From NCBI GenBank assembly GCA_963715985.1, contig CAVQSP010000011.1, positions 256,001 to 320,000 of the forward strand: a stretch of 64,000 bases of DNA, given 5' to 3'. The first letter of the stretch is position 1, and each line of letters starts with the position of its first letter. This DNA comes from an uncultured Thermoleophilia bacterium. GTDB taxonomy: Bacteria; Actinomycetota; Thermoleophilia; UBA2241. Below are positions 39,043-48,700 of the stretch, in pieces. The position numbers were made by a program, and so were the translations under genes. Under the pieces are notes generated by a model. It was given only the letters and a program-made list of their open reading frames with translations. It was not told where the DNA came from and did no database searches.

Positions 39043-40329
39043 TCACTTCTTTGCGAAGGCCTCCAGCGCGCGCGTGATCGTCGCGAACACGCTGTCCAGC
39101 TGCTCGTCGCTGATGACCAGCGGCGGCTGCACGCGCAGCACGTTGCCGAAGTTGCCGCCCACGCCGATGAGCACGTTGTGCTCGAGGCAGTACTGGCGCG
39201 TGAAGGCGGCCGCCTCGGTGCCGTAGGCCTTGGTCGTGGGGTCGCTGACCAGCTCCACGCCGACCATGAGGCCGCGGCCGCGCACGTCGCCGATGAGCGG
39301 CTGGCTGCCCTGCAGCTCGCGCAGCATGCCCCTGAGGCGCTCGCCCTTGCGGGCGCTCTGCTCGGCGAGCTTCTCGGCCTTGTGGAACTCGATGTTCGCG
39401 ATGCCCGCCGCGCAGCTCACCGGGTTGCCGCCGAAGGTGCTGAGGTGGTCGCCGACCTGGAAGGCGTCGGCGATCTCGGGGCGGGCCGTGAAGGCGCCCA
39501 GCGGCCAGCCGTTGGCGATGCCCTTGGCCATGCAGATGATGTCGGGGTCGACGCCGTAGTGCTCGATGGCGAACATCCGCCCGGTGCGCCCGAAGCCGCT
39601 CTGCACCTCGTCGCAGATGAAGAGCACGCCCTCGGCGTCCATCCACTCCTTGACGACGCGGAAGTAGTCGTCCGGCGGGACGATGATGCCGCCCTCGCCC
39701 ATCACCGGCTCGGCGATGAAAGCACAGACGTCGCCGCTGAGGCTGAGGCGAGCGGTCTCGGCCACACGCTTGGCGCAGGCCATGTCGCACGTCTCGACCT
39801 CGAGGTTGAGCGGGCAGCGGTAGCAGTACGGGGTGGGGGCGAAGGCGACGCCGGCCATGTAGGGGCCGCCGCCCTTCTTGCGGCCCGAGTTACCGGTGAT
39901 GGACAGCGTGGCGTAGGTGCGGCCGTGGAAGCTGGACTCGAGGGCGACGAACTCGCGCTTGCCTGAATAGCGCTTGGCGAGGCGCATGGCGCCCTCGATG
40001 GCCTCGGCGCCGGAGTTGGCGAAGAAGGTCTTCTGCAGCGTGCCGGGCGTGATCTCGGCGAGCAGCTCGGCGAGGTCGGCGGCGCTCTCCACGTGGTACA
40101 CGTAGGTGCAGGCGTGCACGAGCTTGTCGGCCTGCGCCTTGGCCGCCTCGATGATGGCGCGGTTGCCGTGGCCGGCGTTGGTCACGCTGATGCCGGCGAA
40201 GCAGTCGATGTACTCGGTGCCGTCGGCGTCGTAGAGCAGGGCGCCGTCGCCGTGGTCGGCGACGACGGGCTCGACGCGTTTGACGAACCCGGTCATGACG
40301 TAGTCGCGGTACTTCTCTTCCACACCCAT
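39043..40329 (-). CDS. Class III PLP aminotransferase (GabT/ArgD-like)
   Basis: NSGAEA, FHGRT, EPVMGEGG, DEVQSGFGRTG, MAKGIANG, STFGGNP. Confidence 0.93.
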   Translation of the reverse strand: MGVEEKYRDYVMTGFVKRVEPVVADHGDGALLYDADGTEYIDCFAGISVTNAGHGNRAIIEAAKAQADKLVHACTYVYHVESAADLAELLAEITPGTLQKTFFANSGAEAIEGAMRLAKRYSGKREFVALESSFHGRTYATLSITGNSGRKKGGGPYMAGVAFAPTPYCYRCPLNLEVETCDMACAKRVAETARLSLSGDVCAFIAEPVMGEGGIIVPPDDYFRVVKEWMDAEGVLFICDEVQSGFGRTGRMFAIEHYGVDPDIICMAKGIANGWPLGAFTARPEIADAFQVGDHLSTFGGNPVSCAAGIANIEFHKAEKLAEQSARKGERLRGMLRELQGSQPLIGDVRGRGLMVGVELVSDPTTKAYGTEAAAFTRQYCLEHNVLIGVGGNFGNVLRVQPPLVISDEQLDSVFATITRALEAFAKK

Positions 40330-40648
40330 GGTATCGACCACCCTTCGGCGAACGCTCGCATAGACAACGGACAACGGGGTGCGACGCCAGAGGGTATCAG
40401 ATGGGCACGGCCGCGGGCGGGCGGCGGGGCCGCCGCGTGGGCCAGTGCGGCGGCGGCCGCTGGCCCACACGGACACCCGCGCCATCATGCCGCTCGCGGC
40501 ACAGCAGGCCTTTCTGAGGTGCGCCAGGCCGTCACCAGCCGGCCGGCCGTCGAACGTCTTCAGGGCCGGGCACTGCGCCGGCAGGGCGCCGATGTCTGAC
40601 GTGACGACGAGGGCGCCGGCGCGCGGCCGGCGCAGGCGCGCCGCGCCC

Positions 40649-42511
40649 TCAGACCTCTTCTTCGGCGCGACCGCCTGAGCGCCGCCGCAGCACCCACCAC
40701 ACGAGCACGCCGGCCACGATGACCACGGCGATGGAGACACCGGCGATCGTTCCGGTGCCGCCCCCGCCGCCCCCCGCCGCATCTGCGGCGGTCTTGGGCG
40801 CGATGTTGATGTAGCTCTGGATCATGCCGTTGTAGAAGACCGGCCCACCCTCGCCGTAGTACGGCGTCCAGCCCTCCCACTTGTCCACGTTGACGGCCTG
40901 CAGATAGTCGAAGTACGTGAGCACGTTCTGGGGGTTCTCGGCGTACATCACCTGCTGCATGCGCCAGATCTGCTCGGCACGGGTCTGCGGATCGAGATTC
41001 TGCCCCTGCTGCTCGCAGAGCTTGTCGTACTCGGCGTTCGACCAGTAGACCTCGTTCCACCAGCCGATCTGGCTCGTGGTGAAGCACTGCAGGGTCGAGC
41101 CGGGGTCGTAGTAGCCGTCCCAGAACCAGAGGATCATGTCGTAGTCGGGCGCCGGGTTGTCGCCCTTCCACGCGTACATCGCGTCGCTGGCCACGCCGTT
41201 GTCCACGACTTCGAAGCGGATCTTGAGGCCCAGGTCCTCGAACCACCCGGCGAGCAGCTTGCCCTCGCCCTGGGTGGAGGTCGACTCCGCGAGCGCCCAG
41301 AGGCGCAACGAGATGGGCTTGCCCTTCTTGTCCTCGCGGAGCCCGTCGCCGTTGGTGTCGGTGTAGCCGGCGGCGTCCAGGAGCTCCTTGGCCTTGGCGG
41401 GGTCGAACGGACGCATGACGTCGGCCGGAGGCTGCCAGTGGAAGTCCGGGTCGCGCCACGTGTCGGCGTTGATCATCGTGTACCCGGCCTCGGCGCGGCC
41501 GTTGTACACGAGCTGCACGATGCGCTCGCGGTCGATGGCGTAGTCGAGGGCGACGCGGAAGGCCGGGTCGCGGAGCACCGGGTTGCCGCCGGACGCCGGG
41601 CTGTCGTAGCAGTTGTAGTCCACGTAGTCCCAGTTGAAGTAGTTGTAGGCGATCGCCTTGAGTCGCGAGTCGCCCTGCAGCCCGGGGAACTGGGCGGAGG
41701 GCACGCCCTGGGCCGCGTCCACGGTGCCGTTGCCCAGGTCCTGCGTCATCGTGTCGGGGTTCGTGTAGGCCTGGAAGATGATCTGGTCGACCTTGGGGCG
41801 TCCCCAGCCGGACACGTCGTTGCCCCAGTACGCGGGATTGCGGACCAGCTTGGTGTAGTCGCCGCGCTTGTAGTACGTCACCTGGAAGGGCCCGCTGCCT
41901 ACGATGGGGGTGCGGTTCGCGTAGCTGCGCTCGAGCGCGGAGGGCTTCACCGTGCCCCAGATGTGTTCGGGGATGATGTACACGATGACGTACAGCATGT
42001 CGGCCTTGGGCGCCGTCATCGTGAACTTCACGGTGGTGTCGTCGACGGCCTCGACGTGCTTGATGTCCTTGACGGCTTGAAGGTAGGACGTCAGCTGGTT
42101 GTCGATGATCAGGTTGTAGCTGAAGGCGACATCTGCGGCGGTCAGCGGCTCACCGTCCTGCCACGTCACGCCCGGCCGGATGTGCACCGTCCACGTGAGA
42201 CCGTCGGCCGAGATGCCCCCGTTCTCCTGCGTCGGCAGCTCGGCGGCGAGCTGCGGGATGGGCTTGCCTTCGAGTCCGAAGCCGAAGAGCCTGTCGTAGG
42301 TGAGGTAGAGGACCTCGGACGCAGCCGTCTCGACGCCGATGAACGGGCTCAGGTTGTCCGGGTCGGCGGTCCAGCCGATGCGCAGGGTGACGTCGCCGGA
42401 GCCCGGCGACGGAGAGCTCGACGAGGCGGATGGGGCCGCCGGGACCCACACGAGGATGGCGGCCAGCGCCAGCGCCGCCGCGACCACAAGAGCCCCTTTG
42501 CGTGCGTTCAT
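40649..42511 (-). CDS. Family 5 (Opp/Dpp) solute-binding protein with C-terminal membrane anchor
   Basis: WQDGEPLTAADVAFS, GSGPF, R.AL.YAIDR; C-terminal TM followed by RRR. Confidence 0.9.
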   Translation of the reverse strand: MNARKGALVVAAALALAAILVWVPAAPSASSSSPSPGSGDVTLRIGWTADPDNLSPFIGVETAASEVLYLTYDRLFGFGLEGKPIPQLAAELPTQENGGISADGLTWTVHIRPGVTWQDGEPLTAADVAFSYNLIIDNQLTSYLQAVKDIKHVEAVDDTTVKFTMTAPKADMLYVIVYIIPEHIWGTVKPSALERSYANRTPIVGSGPFQVTYYKRGDYTKLVRNPAYWGNDVSGWGRPKVDQIIFQAYTNPDTMTQDLGNGTVDAAQGVPSAQFPGLQGDSRLKAIAYNYFNWDYVDYNCYDSPASGGNPVLRDPAFRVALDYAIDRERIVQLVYNGRAEAGYTMINADTWRDPDFHWQPPADVMRPFDPAKAKELLDAAGYTDTNGDGLREDKKGKPISLRLWALAESTSTQGEGKLLAGWFEDLGLKIRFEVVDNGVASDAMYAWKGDNPAPDYDMILWFWDGYYDPGSTLQCFTTSQIGWWNEVYWSNAEYDKLCEQQGQNLDPQTRAEQIWRMQQVMYAENPQNVLTYFDYLQAVNVDKWEGWTPYYGEGGPVFYNGMIQSYINIAPKTAADAAGGGGGGTGTIAGVSIAVVIVAGVLVWWVLRRRSGGRAEEEV

Positions 42512-42563
42512 CGTCTCTCCCCGTGAGTGGTGCGCCACCGGTGCCCTGTCGTCGGACCGCTTA

Positions 42564-42577
42564 CCAAAACGATTTGG
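42564..42577. promoter_or_regulatory. LacI-type operator
   Basis: CCAAAACGATTTGG between the divergent SBP and lacI genes. Confidence 0.7.
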
Positions 42578-42639
42578 GCGCGGACGTGGTCATGCTATAG
42601 ACTCGGCGCGCACTCGGCAAGCACAGGAGCCGCCCCTTC

Positions 42640-43644
42640 ATGCCCCGCACCGTGACCATCAAGGACGTCGCCAAGCTGGCCGGGGTCTCGCCGACCACCG
42701 TGAGCCACGCGCTCGGCGGGCAGCGTCCCGTATCGGCGGCCACGTGTACCCGCGTGCGCGAGGCGGCCGAACGCCTCGGCTACCGGCCGCATCCCGGGGC
42801 GCGCAGCCTCAAGGCCGCCGGCACCGGCGTCCTCGCCCTCTGTGTCACCAATGTGACCGGCGGCGAGCTGCCGTTCGGCGAGATGGAGTACTACATCCGC
42901 GTCATCAACGCCGCCACGCAGGCGGCGGTGGACGAGCGCTTCGCCCTCGTCGTGGTGCCCGAGGGCGACGCCGGCCTGTACTGGGACAGGCTTCTGCTGG
43001 ACGGTGCCATCGTCGTCGACCCCGTGGCCGGAGACCCGTCGGTGAGGGCGATGCGAGAGCGCGGCCTGCCGTGCGTCACCGTGGGGCGCCCGCCCGACGC
43101 GCCCGACGAGAGCTGCTGGGTGGACAACGACCCGGTCGCCGCCACGAGGATGTGCCTCGACCACCTCGAGGCGCGAGGCGCGCAGGCCGTGGCGGCGGTC
43201 ACCTGGATGACCACCGACCACTGGACGCAGACGAGCGCGCAGGCCTACTACGCCTGGTGCGAGGAGCGCGGCCGTGGGCCGCGGCTGGAGGTCGTCACCC
43301 GCGACGACGACGCGGCGTTGCGTGCGGCCGCGGAGCGGCTCCTCACATCCGGCCCGAGGCCCGACGCCGTGTACGGCCTGTCGGAGCTGCCCGCGCTGTG
43401 GGTGCTGCGCGTGGCCGCAGAGCGCGGCCTGCGTGTTCCGGCCGACCTCATGGTCGCCGGCACGGCCGACTACGGTCTGGGCGCGACGAGCGCGCCGCCT
43501 CTCACGTCACTCGACTACCAGGCCGCGGAGCTCGGCCGTGAGGCGGCGCACCTGCTGATCGAGCTGGTGCGCGGCGGCGCGCCGCAGGAGCCCCGCCGCA
43601 TCGTCCCCGCCACGCTCATCGCGCGCGAGTCCACGGCGCGATAG
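42640..43644 (+). CDS. LacI-family transcriptional regulator
   Basis: TIKDVAKLAGVSPTTVS, LGYRP..ARSL, LIARES. Confidence 0.93.
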   Translation: MPRTVTIKDVAKLAGVSPTTVSHALGGQRPVSAATCTRVREAAERLGYRPHPGARSLKAAGTGVLALCVTNVTGGELPFGEMEYYIRVINAATQAAVDERFALVVVPEGDAGLYWDRLLLDGAIVVDPVAGDPSVRAMRERGLPCVTVGRPPDAPDESCWVDNDPVAATRMCLDHLEARGAQAVAAVTWMTTDHWTQTSAQAYYAWCEERGRGPRLEVVTRDDDAALRAAAERLLTSGPRPDAVYGLSELPALWVLRVAAERGLRVPADLMVAGTADYGLGATSAPPLTSLDYQAAELGREAAHLLIELVRGGAPQEPRRIVPATLIARESTAR

Positions 43645-43696
43645 AGCCGCGCGCGCCGGGCCTGCGCCTCCGGCCGTCACGAGCCCTCCGCGCCGT

Positions 43697-45346
43697 TCAC
43701 TCCAGCCCGCGGTACTCCTCTGCCGCGAACACCGGCGCCCCGCGGAAGAGGGTGAGCCGCACCTCGGCCTCGTGGATGTGCTCCGGCGGCAGCGCCAGGA
43801 TGTCATCGCTGAGGACGAGCAGATCGGCCGACTTGCCCGGCTCCAGTGAGCCGGTCTCATGCTCGAGGAAGTTGGCCCGGGCGCCGTTGATGGTGAACGC
43901 GGCGACGAGCTGCTCGACGCTCACGGCCTCCTCCCGCCACAGCTCGGAGCTCGTCTCCGGCAGTTGCGGGTCGCGGCGCAGGGCGCCACGCTGGATCGCC
44001 AGCAGCGGGTCCGGCGGCGGCGAGACCGGGTAGTCGCTCGCTCCCGCGACCAGGACGCCGTGCTCGAAGAAGGCGCGCATGGGGTACTGGTGCGCGGCGC
44101 GCTCGTCACCCAGAAACGGGCGGTAGATCTCGCCGTCGTACTGTGCATCCCTGGCGAACCAGTACGGCTGCGTGGCGGCCGTGACCCCCAAGGCGGCGAG
44201 GCGCGCGTAGTCCGCAGGGTCCACCAGCTGCAGGTGGGTGACGACGTCGCGAGCGTCGTCCCTGCGGCCTCCGGGCCGCGCCGCGGCGATGGCGTCCAGA
44301 CCGAGAGAGAGGGCGGCGTCGCCGATGGTGTGGTAGTGCAGCTGGAAGCCGGCGTGCGCGGCGGCCACCGACGCCTCCACCAGCAGCTCCGGCTCCCACA
44401 CCGGGGCGCTGCTGAAGCCGGGCCGGTCGCGGTACGGCTGCTTGAGGAAGCCGGTGTGGGACTCGATGACGCCGTCCACGAACAGCTTGACGGCGGCGGT
44501 GCGGACCAGCGGGCCCGCGTCGCGGGCCCGCTCCTCCACCGCCGCCGCCACCAGCTCGGCCGCCGGCCGCCCCGGATCCATCTCCACGGAGACCCGGTAC
44601 CGGGCCGTGAGCTCGCCGCGCGCCTCGAGCGCCCGGTACACGCCGAACATCGCTTCGCCGGGCTGCAGCGAGGCCTCGTGCATCAGCGTGAGGCCGTAGC
44701 GCGCCGCGATCTCGCGCTGGAAGTGGTGGAACGCGAGGGTCGTGGCGGCGGCGTCATACTGCGGCAGCGCCGCCTCCACCCACGGCCACGCCTCGCGCAG
44801 CAGGCCCGACGGCGAGCCGTCGGGCAGCCGCTCGACGACGGCGCCGTCCCACGGCGGGTCGTCGCGGCCGATTCCCAGCCGCCGGAGCGTCAAGCTGTTG
44901 ACCCACTGCGAGTGCTGGCTGTCGTCGAACAGGGAGACGGGCCGGTCCGCGACCACTGAGTCCAGCGCCGCCGCCGTCATCTGATCCTCCGGCAGTTGCG
45001 TCGGGTACCAACCATAGCCGCGGATCACCGGCAGTTCCGGGTGCGCCGCGGCAAAGCGCGTCACCTCCTCCAGAGCGTGAACCAGCGACACGCACGCCGA
45101 GAGGTCGACCTCGAAGAGGTCGCAGGTGCAGTACCGGGGATGCAGGTGCGCGTCCGTGAACCCCGGGAGCACCAGACGGCCGCCGAGATCCAAGGTACGA
45201 GTGCGGGAGCCCCGCAGCAGGCCCACATCGGCGGCGGCCCCCACCGCCAGCACGCGCCCGTCCCCCACCGCGATGGCCTCGCAGCTGGAGCGGGCCGCGT
45301 CGACCGTGTACACGCGTCCGTTGGTGAGGATGAGATCGGCGCCCAT
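43697..45346 (-). CDS. Amidohydrolase 3 (YtcJ-like)
   Basis: LPGFTDAHLH, KLFVDG, HTIGD, ASDYPV, GSLEPGKSAD. Confidence 0.9.
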   Translation of the reverse strand: MGADLILTNGRVYTVDAARSSCEAIAVGDGRVLAVGAAADVGLLRGSRTRTLDLGGRLVLPGFTDAHLHPRYCTCDLFEVDLSACVSLVHALEEVTRFAAAHPELPVIRGYGWYPTQLPEDQMTAAALDSVVADRPVSLFDDSQHSQWVNSLTLRRLGIGRDDPPWDGAVVERLPDGSPSGLLREAWPWVEAALPQYDAAATTLAFHHFQREIAARYGLTLMHEASLQPGEAMFGVYRALEARGELTARYRVSVEMDPGRPAAELVAAAVEERARDAGPLVRTAAVKLFVDGVIESHTGFLKQPYRDRPGFSSAPVWEPELLVEASVAAAHAGFQLHYHTIGDAALSLGLDAIAAARPGGRRDDARDVVTHLQLVDPADYARLAALGVTAATQPYWFARDAQYDGEIYRPFLGDERAAHQYPMRAFFEHGVLVAGASDYPVSPPPDPLLAIQRGALRRDPQLPETSSELWREEAVSVEQLVAAFTINGARANFLEHETGSLEPGKSADLLVLSDDILALPPEHIHEAEVRLTLFRGAPVFAAEEYRGLE

Positions 45347-45363
45347 GCTGCCCCTTCCATGGC

Positions 45364-45377
45364 ACAAATCGTTTTGT
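45364..45377. promoter_or_regulatory. LacI-type operator, second copy
   Basis: ACAAATCGTTTTGT has the same 12-bp core as 42564; on the minus strand it lies just downstream of TGATAGTGT. Confidence 0.7.
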
Positions 45378-45634
45378 ACGCGGGACACTATCACGGACCG
45401 TGAGGGTCGGACGGCTCGCCGGGAGCGAGGCCCACGCACACCGGCGTCGCTCCGCGTCCAACGCGCAGGCCTGAGGAAGGACGTTGTGGATAGTATGTAC
45501 GCGCGACTTTGGCCCTTCTGGACAAGACCAGCCCACCCGAGAAGCAGACCGGCCTCACATGACCGCCTCCCGCGTGCGTCACTGGCCAACAGAATGCGCC
45601 CTGTCGTGACGAAATGGCGTGCTCGCGCGCCTAC

Positions 45635-45667
45635 GTGTGGACGCGTGCACAAGCGGGCCGCTATACT
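45635..45667 (+). promoter_or_regulatory. Rex-like operator overlapping the promoter of the hdrA-metVF operon
   Basis: GTGTGGA-CGCG-TGCACAA over TGGACG-N18-TATACT. Confidence 0.55.
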
Positions 45668-45744
45668 TGCGAGACCCAAGTCAGGGTTCTGACTGTGGTT
45701 GCCAACTTTTCTGTCGGACCTGCCGCGTGTGCAAAGGAGTGCGT

Positions 45745-48700
45745 ATGTCGGGTTCACCACCCAAGTCCACCGGAGCTGCGCTCGTCGTGGGCGGCGGCAT
45801 CGCGGGCATGCAGTGCTCGCTTGACCTCGCCGAAGGGGGGTACAAGGTCTACCTCGTTGAGAGAGCGCCCGCTCTGGGTGGGCACATGGCGCAACTCGAC
45901 AAGACCTTCCCCACGAACGACTGCTCCATGTGCACCATGGCGCCTAAGCTGGTCGAGGCGGGCCGGCATCTCAACATCGAGATGGTGACCAACTCCGAGC
46001 TCATCGGCCTCGAGGGCGAGCCGGGCAACTTCAACGCCAGGGTCTACCACCACGCGCGTTTCGTCGACCCTGACAAGTGCACGAGCTGCGGCGAGTGCTC
46101 ACCCAAGTGCCCGGTGACTGTCCCCAACCAGTACAACGAGGACCTCGACGAGCGCAGGGCGATCTACAAGCTGTACCCGCAGGCCATCCCCAACACCTAC
46201 GCGGTGACCAAGAACGGCCACAGCCCGTGCAAGCGCGCCTGCGCCGTGCACACCAGCGCCCAGGGCTACGTAGCGCTCATCGCCGACGGCCGTTTCGCCG
46301 AGGCGTACACGGTGGCCAGTGAGCCCAACCCCTTCCCCGCCGTCTGCGGCCGCGTCTGCACGCACAAGTGCGAGACCGACTGTACGCGCGGGCAGATAGA
46401 GGCGCCCATCGCCATCGCCGGCCTCAAGCGCTTCATCAGCGACCACGCCTTCGACAACGTGCCGCTGCCCGACAAGGCCGAGGTCACGTTCAAGGAGAAG
46501 GTAGCCGTGGTGGGCGCGGGCCCCAGCGGCCTCACCGCCGCCCGTGACCTAGCGCTGCTCGGCTATGAAGTCACCGTGCTCGAGAGCAAGCCCGAGCCCG
46601 GCGGCATGCTGCGCTTCGGCATCCCCGAATACCGCCTGCCCAAAGCCGCCCTGCAGCAGGACATCGACCGCATCACCGCGCTCGGGGTCGACCTGCAGTG
46701 CAACAAGGCCGCCGGCAAGGACTTCACCATCGACGGCCTCATGAAGAAGGACGGCGGCGGTTACAAGGCCGTCTACCTCGCCGTGGGTCTGCAGGGCGGC
46801 CGCACGCTGCCCATCCCCGGCGCGGACGCCAAAGGCGTGCTCGACGCGGTCAGCCTTCTCAAGGCGGCCACGCTCGGCGAGAAGGTCGACATGGGCAAGA
46901 ACGTCGTCGTCATCGGCGGCGGAGACGTGGCCTTCGACGCCGGCCGCACAGCTCTGCGCCTGGGCGCCGAGAAGGTCACCATCAACTGCATCGAGGACGA
47001 CCAGAGCGTGCCGGCCTCGGACGACGAGCTCACCGAGGGTCTGGACGAGAGCATCGCCTTCAACTGCTCATGCATGCCTTCGCAGATCCTCACCGACGCC
47101 GACGGCCGCGCCAACAAGGTCGAGTTCCTCGCCTGCTCGCTGGGCGCGCCGGACGAGCGCGGCTGGCGCCCGCCGGTGGCCATCACCGGCTCTGAGCACG
47201 AGCTCGCGTGCGACACCGTCATCTTCGCCATCGGCCAGAGCATGGTCGACGACTTCCTCGAGGGGACCAAGGGCATCACCGTCGAGAAGGGCCAGATACT
47301 CACGGACAAGGCCACGCTCGGCACCGGCAAGAAGGGCGTGTTCGCCGGCGGCGACGCCGCGGCGAGCGCCCCGTGGACGGCCATCGAGGCCGTCGCCGCG
47401 GGCCGCCGCGCGGCGCGCAGCATCCACAACTTCCTGCGCGGCGAGGACCTCCTGCCCATCGAGGACGACATGATGGACGAGGCCAAGCCCGAGGACGCCA
47501 TCATGGAGCAGACCGCGGTCATGGCGCGCATGCCCATGCCGCACCTTCCCGGCGCGGCCCGCAAGATCACCTGGGACGAGGTCAATACCGGCTTCTCGCA
47601 GGAGCAGGCCGTGGCCGAGGCCAAGCGCTGCCTGAACTGCGCCGTCTGCTCCGAGTGCATGGAGTGCGTGCGCGCCTGCGGTCCGGGCGCCCTGCTACAC
47701 GGCGAGCGCGACAAGGAACTGGAGTTCGAGGTCGGCGCCGTCGTCATGGCGACCGGCTTCGACCTCTACGACCCCGGCAAGAACAGCGAGTACGGGTACA
47801 GGCGCTACCCCAACATCCTTTCGTCGCTCGAGTACGAGCGCACGCTGAGCGCCAGCGGCCCCACCGTGGGCGAGGTCAAGCGCCCGTCCGACGGCACGCA
47901 CCCCAAGAAGATCGCCTTCATCCAGTGCGTCGGCTCGCGCGACCAGGAGCACGAGTACTGCTCGAGCGTCTGCTGCATGTACGCCAACAAGCAGGCCATG
48001 CTCACCATCGACCACGAGCCCGACTGCGAGCCCACCGTCTTCCTCATGGACATGCGCGCCCAGGGCAAGGGCTTCGACGCCTTCTACCAGCGCGCCCTGG
48101 ACAAGGGCGTCAAGTTCGTGCGCTCGCGCCCGTCGTACATCAAGGAGGACCCGCTCAGCGACGACCTCCTCATCAGCTGGGAGGACGAAGCCGGCAAGCT
48201 CCACGAGACGCGCTACGATATGGTGGTGCTCTCTGCCGGCCTCGAGCCTGCGCGCAAGGCGCAGGAGGCGGCCGGCCACTTGGGCGTGGCTCTCAACCGC
48301 CACGGCTTCTGCCAGCTGCACGAGTTCAACCCCATGCAGACCAGCCGCGAGGGCGTCTTCGTGGTGGGCCCGTTCGGCGAGCCCAAGGACATCCCCGACA
48401 GCGTGGCGCAGGCCTCGGCCGCCGCGGCCCAGGTCATGACGGGCCTCGCCGACTCGCGAGGTACGCTCACCGTGGACAAGGAGTACCCGGCCGAGCGCAA
48501 CGTCGTGGGCGAGGAGCCGCGGGTGGGCGTCTTCGTCTGCCACTGCGGCAGCAACATCGCCGGCGTGATCGGCGTGGAGAGCGTGGCCGAGTACGCCATG
48601 CAGCTGCCCGGCGTGGAGTACGCCACCGACACCATGTACACGTGCTCCAGCGACAGCCTGGGGCTCATCCGCGAGAAGATCGCGGAGCACAACCTCAACC

